Shown: positions 1-10,392 of the stretch, one piece after another
How the letters are laid out: every line of letters begins with the position of its first letter
Position numbering within the stretch: position 1 is the stretch's first letter
Origin: Asterias rubens
Lineage: Eukaryota
Length of the DNA: 64,000 nucleotides
Direction of reading: 5' to 3'
Assembly: GCF_902459465.1 (NCBI RefSeq)
Contig: NC_047080.1
Span: forward strand, 9,424,001 to 9,488,000
The notes under the pieces: generated by a model
Told to the model about the DNA's origin: nothing
The model's input: the letters and a program-made list of their open reading frames with translations, nothing else
Database searches by the model: none
Program-made: the position numbers and the translations under genes

Positions 1-1615
1 TTGAAAAGTTCACAAGGCTATATAGCCTTATGACTTTTTAGGCAAAATTTGAAAAGTTCACAAGGCTATAGCCTTATGACTTTTTTGGCAAAATTTGAAA
101 AGTTCACATGACTTTTTAGGCAAAATTTGAAAAGTTCACAAGGCTATAGCCTTGTGACTTTTTCGGCAAATTTGAAATGATTTTTTAGGCAAAATTTGAA
201 AAGTTCACAAGGCTATAGCCTTGTGACTTTTTCGGCAAATTTGAAATGATTTTTTAGGCAAAATTTGAAAAGTTCACAAGGCTATAGCCTTATGACTTTT
301 TCGGCAAAATTTGAAAAGTTCACAAGGCTATAGCCTTATGACTTTTTAGGCAAAATTTGAAAAGTTCACAAGGCTATAGCCTTATGACTTTTTTGGCAAA
401 ATTTGAAAAGTTCACAAGGCTATAGCCTTGTGACTTTTTCGGCAAAATTTGAAAAGTTCACATGACTTTTTCGGCAAAATTTGAAAAGTTCACAAGGCTA
501 TAGCCTTATGACTTTTTCGGCAAAATTTGAAAAGTTCACAAGGCTATAGCCTTGTGACTTTTTCGGCAAAATTTGAAAAGTTCACATGACTTTTTAGGCA
601 AAATTTGAAAAGTTCACAAGGCTATAGCCTTGTGACTTTTTCGGCAAATTTGAAAAGTTCACAAGGCTATAGCCTTGTGACTTTTTCGGCAAACTTTGAA
701 AAGTTCACAAGGCTATATAGCCTTATGACTTTTTAGGCAAAATTTGAAAAGTTCACAAGGCTATAGCCTTATGACTTTTTTGGCAAAATTTGAAAAGTTC
801 ACAAGGCTATAGCCTTGTGACTTTTTCGGCAAATTTGAAAAGTTCACAAGGCTATAGCCTTGTGACTTTTTAGGCAAAATTTGAAAAGTTCACAAGGCTA
901 TAGCCTTATGACTTTTTTGGCAAAATTTGAAAAGTTCACAAGGCTATAGCCTTGTGACTTTTTCGGCAAAATTTGAAAAGTTCACATGACTTTTTCGGCA
1001 AAATTTGAAAAGTTCACAAGGCTATAGCCTTATGACTTTTTCGGCAAAATTTGAAAAGTTCACAAGGCTATAGCCTTGTGACTTTTTCGGCAAAATTTGA
1101 AAAGTTCACAAGGCTATAGCCTTGTGACTTTTTCGGCAAATTTGAAAAGTTCACAAGGCTATAGCCTTGTGAATTTTTCGGCAAACTTTGAAAAGTTCAC
1201 AAGGCTATATAGCCTTATGACCTTTTAGGCAAAATTTGAAAAGTTCACAAGGCTATAGCCTTGTGACTTTTTCGGCAAAATTTGAAAAGTTCACAAGGCT
1301 ATAGCCTTATGACTTTTTCGGCAAAATTTGAAAAGTTCACATGACTTTTTCGGCAAAATTTGAAAAGTTCACAAGCCTTGTGACTTTTTCGGCAAATTTG
1401 AAAAGTTCACAAGGCTATAGCCTTGTGACTTTTTTGGCAAATTTGAAAAGTTCACAAGGCTATATAATAGCCTTGTGACTTTTTTGGCAAAATTTGAAAA
1501 GTTCACAAGCCTTATGATTTTCTAGGCAAAATTTGAAAAGCCTTGTGACTTTTTCGGCAAATTTGAAAAGTTCACAAGGCTATAGCCTTATGATTTTTTA
1601 GGCAAAATTTGAAAA
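1..1615. repeat. 46-bp tandem minisatellite with palindromic core (runs off window start)
   Basis: Unit AAAATTTGAAAAGTTCACAAGGCTATAGCCTT(A/G)TGACTTTTTCGGC; TTGAAAAG recurs at 1, 49, 95, 127, with 32-bp and 48-bp variant units. Confidence 0.95.
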
Positions 1616-2428
1616 AGTTATGGTGCACATCCAGAAGCTGTGCCACCAGGTGATGTTAAAGGAATACCTCAAAATTTACAGAATAAATTAAAGGGATACG
1701 ACAAACTCATTTGAAGTTTAGTTTATTAATATCAAAGCGTATTAAGTCCCGAAAATACAACTTGCTTCAAACGAAAGGCAAAAAAAAAAAAAGGTTTCTT
1801 GCTTAATTTGTCACATAATTTGTCACTGATAAAAATGTTGTCATGGTGCCCCGTAATTTTGCTGTGGTGTCCTTTGGGAAAGTTCATTTACAAATTTACA
1901 TTTTCCTCATCGAAGTGCCCTTGCCAGAAAAGGAATAGCTGCGCCCCTTCAATATCGAAATACAAGGCCGTCAACCTCCAAGATTTGCCAAAACACGGTC
2001 TCAAAAACAGGTAAGCTTGAAATAACACATCATGACTGCTCTCTTTTCTCAGATTAAAATCCCTGACCAAAACTGCAATTAGATTCTCAAGCATGAGGAT
2101 GGGTGTAGATTTAACACTAGAGAATGAGGGCCATAGTTTTACAGTCCAATTAGTCACTAGAAGAACGTCACCATATAATCCAAAATGCAAAATCAGCTCA
2201 CAGTAAAGCTCTGCAGAATGAAGTACTGCAGACCTTGGGTGTTACAGAATGTCCTCCGCAAATACATAATCGTTTCAAAACGATACTGAGTACCATAAAG
2301 CCAAATGCAACTTGGTCCTTTGCTACAGAATCTCTACAGACCTTATGTAGGTCCTACATCAGCAACTATCCAATACTGCAGAATGACTGGAGATGCTGGG
2401 CTTGTGGACTTTTCATTCTACAGACTGT

Positions 2429-5400
2429 CTACAGAGCCGGTTTGCTGAGCATCCGTCTTTTCTTGTAGATTCCAAAGAACCACATCAGACCAGTTAGGAA
2501 GGAGAGACTGTACCTGGTATTTATAATGCAAGAAGATAATGAAAGTAACCTTTAAATAAAACTGATATGATAGTTTGAGCAGCCATCTAAGTGAAGGCCA
2601 AGAGTCGGCTAAGAGGTGGCTAGTAGTTGGCTTTCTAAACTGCTAGGGCTAGCTACAATCCCGGCCATATCTCGTTGGGCCCCCCTGCCCCCTTTCAATG
2701 TTGGTTCCATTTGCCGACTGTGTTCCAAATTACAGTCAACATTGAGCGGGGGGCAGGGGGGCAAATGTTTTGAATGTGAATGTGAATGGGAAGTGCACAG
2801 GGAACTGTTGTATCAGGAAAGGGTGGCCCAAGCATTTTGGCCGGGATTGTAGGATCTAAGAGCAAGCTTGAGCCAGCTTGAGCCCGAAAGAAGCCAGCTA
2901 GGGCCAGCTCGGCCCAGCTAGGGTCAGCCAAGAGCCAGCTAGGGCCAGCTAAGAGCCAGCTGGGGCCAGCGACAACCCAACTATGGCCAGCTACGAACCA
3001 GCTAGGGCCAGCTAAGAGCCAGCTAAGGCCAGATAAGAGCCAGCTAGGGCCAGCTAATTAGAGCCAGCTAGGGCCAGCTATAAGAAAGCTAATTAGAGCC
3101 AGCTAAGAGTCCGTGAAGAGCCAGCAAAGAGACAGATAGGGCCAGCTAGGCTAGGGGCTAGCTAAGAGCCAGCTAGGGGCCACCTGAGAGCCAGGTTAGA
3201 GTCAGCTAAGAGCCTTTTAAGAGCCTGCTAAGAGCCAGCTAAGAGCCAACAAGCAGCTAACAGCCAACTATGAGCCATCTAAAGGTAAGCTAGAGCCATT
3301 TAAGAACCTGCTAAGAGCCAGCTAGAGGCCACCTGAGAGCCAGGTTAGAGTCAGCTAAGAGCCTTTTAAGAGCCTGCTAAGAGCCAGCTAAGAGCCAACA
3401 AGCAGCTAACAGCCAACTATGAGCCATCTAAAGGTAAGCTAGAGCCATTTAAGAACCTGCTAAGAGCCACCTAGGGGCCACCTGAGAGCCAGGTTAGAGT
3501 CAGCTAAGAGCCTTTTAAGAGCCTGCTAAGAGCCAACAAGCAGCTAACAGCCAACTATGAGCCATCTAAAGGTAAGCTAGAGCCATTTAAGAACCTGCTA
3601 AGAGCCAGCTAGAGGATACCTGAGAGCCAGCTTAGAGTCAGCTAAGAGCCTTTTAAGAGCCTGCTAAGAGCCAGCTGAGAGCCAACAAGCAGCTAACAGC
3701 CAACTATGAGCCATCTAAAGGTAAGCTAGAGCCATTTAAGAACCTGCTAAGAGCCAGCTAGGGGCCACCTGAGAGCCAGGTTAGAGTCAGCTAAGAGCCT
3801 TTTAAGAGCCTGCTAAGAGCCAGCTAAGAGCCAACAAGCAGCTAACAGCCAACTATGAGCCATCTAAAGGTAAGCTAGAGCCATTTAAGAACCTGCTAAG
3901 AGCCAGCTAGAGGATACCTTAGAGCCAGCTAGAAGCCAACTAAACGCCAGCTAGCGCCAGTTAGGTTCTAAGAGCCAGTTTGAGCATGCTTAAAGAAAGC
4001 TTGGAGCTAAGAGCCAGCTTAGAGCTGAGAGCAAATCACAGCTGGAGCCAGCGATGATTTTTGAGTTGGCTTTGTGCCAGCTGAATGCCAGCCATGAGCC
4101 AGCAAATAGTCAGCAAGGAGCCAACTAAAAGCCAGTTAAGAGCAAGCTAGAGCTAATCGCGGAATATGTACTATCTAAGAGCCAGCAAAGACAGGGCCAA
4201 TGGTGTTACTTTTAAGCCAGGGTAGAAGGAATTACTTAAATGTACTGACCATGTTATCATGTACTGAAGATGCTCATTCCGTAGTGTGACCCTTGACTGA
4301 CCTCCAATAGGACCACCTGGGATATCACACGCTGAAATAAACAACAAAACATCAAATGTATCAGATGACAAATAGAATTATAATCTCAGTAGTTGTGAAT
4401 AAGATAAACTTCTAGAGAGAGCGAAAACACCCAAGAGTGAAAACACCCAATGTTAATTGTGAGAAAAACCACAGGACTTAATCACAGACAGACAAAATGA
4501 AACATGTTATTTTATTGAAGTCTGAGCAGACTCAGCTGGGAAGTACATAGTATAGAGAGAGAATTACACAGTAAGAACTGTACTAAAACAAAATAACCTT
4601 AGACCTAAATTATCCAGATAATAAATATTGACGACATTGAGACAAAAATAAACAAGAAAAGAACTATCAGGGAAAACTAAATGCATCTTTTTCTTTTGAT
4701 AACTTAGGACTGAACAAAGACACAATTGCTAGAGGGGAATGTGAACCAACAACCAACAACATCTGGTTAACCTGCTGGCACTCCACTATCTCGCCCTATG
4801 TTGGCAGTTTCCTTATTGTATCAACATGTTTTGTCTGGGTGACAGTCAAAACTGTTAGCTGTCGTGTAGCAAGAGATCACACTTCAAGGCAGTGGACACT
4901 GCAGTGGTTCCTGTCACTGCAGGTAAAAACCTGAGGCAAAGTTTAACTTACAGCTGTCTGCATCAATCATAACAGGTTCAGCTCCGGTGACCTTTGACAT
5001 CTCTTCAAGGTCAAGGTAATGCCAACGACCTCGCTGTGTATCATTCTTGGGCATAAATGCTGCCCTCTGTCAAAAATAACAAGTAAACATGTAGGTTAGT
5101 TATAGTCGCCTAGTTTTCCCTACAACTTTGAGATTATTGTAGTCGAAATAGTGAATAAATTAAAGGAAATTAAAATCATACCTTTTCTGTTTTGCGCACA
5201 AGACCAACTAGCTCGATCTCCCCTGAAATCTGCAAGAAAAAAATTAAATCAACCTATTAACTAAACTATAATGGGACAAAATCTTGACTGCTTGAGTTTT
5301 ACCCTGGAATAACTCTCTTGTATTGAGCTCCCACATCTAAAACTGAAATGTCCCTCTTTATCTTCTCTCCACTGGGCTCTTAGCTAGTAGGAGAGATTAA

Positions 5401-8400
5401 ATTCAGTTTTCTGAGAGTCCTTGGCTTCACAAATAAAATAAATTAAATTAAATGAAATTTATGTCAACATCCGAATTAAGTTTTTTTTTTAAATTGGGAA
5501 AAAATCACAAACATGCTTCTTACCTGGCCCCTTTGTCTTTTAGCTGGATCAGTCAAAGATTTGGAAACAAACCCTCTGTTTACCAAAATGCTCACTCTGT
5601 AATAAAACAAAATAAACAGAGTAAAATGTTAAAGACAGTGGACACTATTGGTAATTGTCAAAGACCAGTCTTCTCACTTGGTGTATATATGCATACAATA
5701 ACAAACCTGTGAAAATTTGAGCTCAATTGGTCGTCGATGTTGCGAGATAATAACGAAAGAAAGCTCTTGTTATCATGAAATTGTGGTTGATTTTGAGACC
5801 TCAATTTCTAAATCTGAGGTCTCGAAATCAATTTTGTGGAAAATTACTCCTTTCTCGAAAAGTATGTCACTTCATGTTTTATACTATCAACCTCTCCCAA
5901 TTACTAGTCACCAGGTAAGGTGTTATGCTTATAATTATTTTGGTTAATTACTAATATAGTGTCCACTGTCTTTAAAGGCAGTGGACACTATTGGTAATTG
6001 TCAAAGACTAGCCCTCACAGTTGGTGTATCTCAACATATGCATAAAATAACAAACCTGTGAAAATTTGAGCTCAATCGGTCATTGAAGTTGCGAGATAAC
6101 AATGAAAGAAAAATAACCCTTGTCACACGAAGTTGTGTGCGTTTAGATGGTTGACTTCGAGGCCTAAAGTTCTGAATCTGAGGTCTCGAAATCAAAATCG
6201 TGGAAAATTACTTCTTTCTCAAAAACTATGGCACTTCAGAGGGAGCCGTTTCACACAATGTTTTATACCATCAACCTCTCCCCATTACTTGTCACCAAGA
6301 AAGGTTTTATGCCAACAACTATTTTGAGTAATTACCAATAGTGTCCACTGCCTGTAAGTAACAAACCACAAGGGAAACTTACTGCATACACTTCAAACAG
6401 TTTGGGTTTGCACAAAAACAAATTGACTTGAGATAATTTTGATAATTTTCAATTTTTGTACTGAGGTCCTCCATGGAGAGCACCGCTTGGCGCTGATCGA
6501 AGCTTATCGTCAATAAAGTTGAACCCACAACCTTGTGATTGCAAGTCCAGCAGTCTAACCACTGGACCCCGATGCTTCTTCATCAAATGCAATCCACACT
6601 TGACCTAAGTCTGGACAGTAAAATGGCCTGACAACATTATGAAATCAGCGGTTAGTTTGGTAGGATTCACACCCACAACCTTGTGATTGCAAGTCCAGCA
6701 GTCTAACCACTGGACCCAGTGTCATCACACTTACCCCAAGTCTGGACAGTAGAACGGCGTGACAACATGAGCGCCTGGTTCTCCCCTTGATATTAAACTA
6801 CCAGCGTCTCCTTGCGGTGGTTTGTTCAAGGTGCGTGGTAGAATTAAGACCTCTTTGGAGTGGTCGAACTCTCCTCGGACCTTAACACGCTGGTACTCGA
6901 GAGCTGCAAGATCGTCTGTGCTGCAAATGAAATAACATTTTCAGACAAAATATTTAGCATCATTGTTTCAGCATGATACTGAAGTAGAATGGTTCTTTGC
7001 TACAGAATGTCTACAGACCTACATCAGCAACTATCCAATACTGTAGAATGACTGGAGATGCTGGACTTGTTGACTTACATTCTACAGACTGTCTACAGAG
7101 CTAGTTTGCTTAGCATACTTCATGTCTTGTCGCCTTTCAACTTTGCTGGGAACATTTCTTTGTTTGTTGAGCAAATTTAGTTTTCCAAAAAAATTAACAA
7201 GGCTTCGTTCGTTTGTTCAGATGATCTTCCAAACAAGGGAACCATGATCTTCCAAACAAGGGAACCATGATCTTCTAAAACAAGGGAACCATGATCTTCT
7301 AAAACAAGGGAACCATGATCTTCCAAACAAGGGAACCATGATCTTCCAAACAAGGGAACCATGATCTTCTAAAACAAGGGAACCATGATCTTCCAAACAA
7401 GGGAACCATGATCTTCTAAAACAAGGGAACCATGATCTTCTAAAACAAGGGAACCATGATCTTCTAAAACAAGGGAACCATGATCTTCCAAACAAGGGAA
7501 CCATGATCTTCTAAAACAAGGGAACCATGATCTTCCAAACAAGGGAACTCGGGAAACTCCCACAAGGAGGGGAAACGGCAAGCTGGAAACAGCTGGGGCC
7601 AATTTCATAGTGCTGCTAAGCACACAAATTTGCTTAGCATGACATTTCTCCCTTGATAAAAACAGGAATGCCAACCAAATTTCCAAGTGATTTTCAGGAC
7701 TAGCAAACAACGCAACATGCAACAAATGGAAATTTGGTTGGTAATCCTGTTTTTATCAAGGAAGAAATTTCATGCTAAGGCAATTTTTGTGCTTTATGAA
7801 ATTGGGCCCTGATCTCTCTCATACAAACATTGGTTTAATTATGATTTTGCACAAATCAAGAAAGTGCGATTTGGTAACTAGACTACAATACTTATTCTAG
7901 TCATTCAGCAAAGAGCAATTAGCTTGGGGGATTTGAACCCATAACCTTGTAATTGCAAGTCATGCAGTAAAAACACTGGACTGCAGTGACAACAGAAAAA
8001 AAAAGGTTCAGGGTTTGTAGTTTATGCACTTACTCAATTGATTTGAGTGCAACTGGTGGAGCAGTTGTCCTCATCTCCATATCGCGAATTAAATTCAGCT
8101 TCCACTTCCGACGCTTTACTTGCCACGTTCCAAGACAAAATGCCGCTGCCGGAATAATCAATAATAAATGACCAAACGCAGATGGTATGTCGGAGGTATC
8201 GGATGAAGCGCCCTCTTGAGTCCTACTTTGATTAGCTGGAGCTAAGTTTGGCTTGATCGTTGACAGGTGACGACAAAGTTGATGTCTTTCCAAAACGTCA
8301 ACAAGCAACGACAACCTTTGCTGTAATGAAATTGAAAGCAAAATATAAAGTTGGGTTTAGCCCAAGTTCTTTCTATAAAAGTCTAGCACAGTACAAAAGC

Positions 8401-9757
8401 CGCACATTGTTTGACTTGAGTGATATTTGGAAAGCATAGCTGCCCGAACTAAGGCGTAAACAGTGAGGGCCAAACAGATTGTACACCTGTAATGAATGCA
8501 CAGTCAAATACCTACACTAACTAGACTAGGCCTACTGCTACTAGCCCACCTTGTTGAGGTGTCAATGGCTCTCTTTTAGATAACATCAGTCTCATCACAT
8601 AGTCGCCATTACTTACAGCCCACCTTTGATACATGTCCAAAGTGGGAGAAATTTGCAATCAAAGTACCACGCACTTTGCAACCTTTGAAAACTTCGCGTT
8701 TTAAACATGTATCAAAGGTGGTCCGTTTTATGGCGACTCTGATGTTAAAAGACCAATGTGAAAAGGGAGCCATTTACAGCTCAACAAGGTACACTACAAT
8801 GTTGTTATTTCCTTTCTCTCTAGTGTAAGACAAACTTCAAAATGCTCTTTTCAAATACCAAAACCAAGTACTGTTTTTTCTGCAATGTTCTGTGTTGTGG
8901 TCAATATTACCTTTATTAAATCAAGAATAAAGACCGTTCTAAGACTAAGTAAGAGTAAGACTCCTAGTGTGAGTAGTGGGTTTTTAAGTAAGACTTGAGT
9001 AAAAAACTTAGTTGATTCATTCAATTTTTTTTGCATAAATCTTTTTAAATAAACTTCTTTTAGTTTTGCATTTGAAAAGACCTGATGTAGGGTTCAGGCC
9101 AATCAGGGTTCATCGATCATTAACTTTTGTATGCACTTAAATTTAAAATAACAATAAAAATTTAAACTGCATTTTTTTTTTTTTACAAATTCAATTCAAG
9201 ACTCGACGTCCAGACCGTGCCGCGGCATCACCAGTACCAGCAGCCTAGCCCTGGTAGGACGTCAGTCAGTGCCACCGCAATGACGTTGCCTGCAAAGGAG
9301 GAGTCCAACCTGGGCTACCAGCAGCCTAATCAGGGCCCAATTTCATAGAGCTGCTAAGCACGAAAATTTGCTTAGCATGAAATTTCTTCCTTGTTAAAAA
9401 AAAAGGTTTACCAACCAAATTTCCATTTGTTGCATGTTGCTTGTTACTGGTATTCAGCTGTTGCTTGCCTTTTTTTAAATTCACATGGAAATTTGGTTGG
9501 TAATCCCGTTTTTATCAAGAAAGAAATTTCATGCTAAGCAAATTTTTTGCGCTTAGCAGCTCTATGAAATTGGGCCCAGAACTCTTGGTCGTCTGCTAAA
9601 AAAGTAAAAGTAATACTAGTAAAAAAATTCTCACTCTTAATAAAAAAGTCTTAGTGTTTGTATTTCAACTAACCTGTTTACCACGAAATGATGCTACAGC
9701 CCCCAATGAGCAACATGGTAAGCGTAGAAATGCTTTCGTTAATCTTGGCAGAGACAT
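2429..9757 (-). CDS. SURF1: Surfeit locus protein 1 (cytochrome c oxidase assembly factor), 8 exons, 319 aa
   Basis: Exons 9757-9674, 8320-8034, 6920-6735, 5596-5524, 5229-5182, 5066-4952, 4331-4250, 2513-2429; all GT-AG and phase-consistent (960 nt). Peptides [49 protein letters not shown] and [28 protein letters not shown] match remembered human SURF1. Exon 1 ([16 protein letters not shown]) is basic and looks like a mitochondrial presequence; it is the least certain exon. Confidence 0.95.
2653..2852. mobile_element. ~200-bp MITE-like element
   Basis: Terminal inverted repeat CTACAATCCCGGCCA / TGGCCGGGATTGTAG; no clear TSD. Confidence 0.6.
2860..4150. repeat. AAGAGCCAGCT-derived satellite with ~149-bp higher-order unit (in last SURF1 intron)
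   Basis: ~11-bp monomer; GAGCCATCT landmark at 3272, 3421, 3559, 3708, 3857 (spacings 149, 138, 149, 149). Confidence 0.9.
5633..6353. mobile_element. Two head-to-tail copies of a ~350-380-bp TTAA-flanked MITE (Kolobok-type)
   Basis: TTAA|AG(A/G)CAGTGGACACTATTGGTAAT ... ATAGTGTCCACTG(T/C)CT|TTAA; copies 5633-5971 and 5976-6353 share one TTAA. TTAA TSD with RR..YY termini is the described Kolobok signature. Confidence 0.8.
6520..6720 (-). mobile_element. Two fragments of a tRNA-derived SINE head (further copies ~7870-7985 -, ~13740-13880 +, ~14465-14690 +)
   Basis: Shared GGTCCAGTGGTTAGACTGCTGGACTTGCAATCACAAGGTTGTGGGTT: A-box/B-box-like with TGC in the anticodon-like loop; no intact acceptor stem. 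Confidence 0.7.
7221..7548. repeat. 23/24-bp tandem minisatellite (~14 copies) in SURF1 intron 2
   Basis: AAACAAGGGAACCATGATCTTC(C/TA) repeated without spacers. Confidence 0.95.
7596..7809. mobile_element. GGGCCCAATTTCAT-TIR MITE family (other copies 9333-9577, ~37901-38116, ~42714-42910, ~45045-45230, 58392-58623, ~61190-61743)
   Basis: TIR GGGCCCAATTTCATAGAGCTGCTAAGC and its reverse complement bracket 200-250-bp elements; the 9333-9577 copy has near-perfect TIRs. Confidence 0.85.
8548..8790. mobile_element. ~240-bp MITE
   Basis: ACCTTGTTGAGGTGTCAATGGCTC ... GAGCCATTTACAGCTCAACAAGGT, with an inner IR CCACCTTTGATACATG / CATGTATCAAAGGTGG. Confidence 0.7.
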
Positions 9758-10037
9758 TGTCACTGTCAATATTAATCAAAAGAATAAAGGAAAGGAAGTG
9801 TCAGCAAGATTTCGTCAATCAAAATACTGGTTATGCAAGATGAGTACAGCGCCCTCTCGAGTTAAAAAGGAAATAGTAAACACTGGACGAATTCTCACCA
9901 CTTGGTGGCGCTATAACTATAACAACGGAGACGCTGGTTTCGCACTGGATGTCCCGAATGGTTTTACTTTACAGATTAGTGTTTTTTCCTTCATGTTTCT
10001 CCCATAGTTTGGTTTTCATTGGTTTCAGACAATTGAG
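9758..10037. promoter_or_regulatory. Putative bidirectional promoter between SURF1 and FAM221A
   Basis: Divergent start codons (9757 and 10038) are only 280 bp apart. Confidence 0.65.
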
Positions 10038-10252
10038 ATGGCTAGTCCCAGTTACCATCTCAAGTTTGGCAAAGGTGCTGCGGAGTCAGTAGATCAATAT
10101 TTGGAATATAGACGGTAAGGATGGAGTTGTTTACATTTGTAGGATTTGAAACTTTGCATGGTGGAAATACGATATAGAAAGGTTTGTGGTAACACCATGT
10201 AATGACTATCTCTAATGGGAAAAATTTTACGTCGTCGCCACCAACTTCCGGC

Positions 10253-10283
<31 letters not shown>

Positions 10284-10346
10284 GTGCACCTGAGGAGGTT
10301 TTCAATCGATTGGGCTAGGATGAAAAAGTGGTTTTTATAGGGGATC

Positions 10347-10392
<46 letters not shown>

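Noticed and set aside
1-1615. CRISPR-like array (palindromic repeats)
   Set aside because: No unique spacers, the units are contiguous, there are no cas genes, and the context is eukaryotic.
7177-7725. ORFs of 61-118 aa with repeated peptides
   Set aside because: Translations of the 23/24-bp minisatellite and an adjacent MITE.
9654-10007. 117-aa plus-strand ORF
   Set aside because: Antisense to SURF1 exon 1 and across the promoter; no recognisable domain; TTG/GTG-type start.
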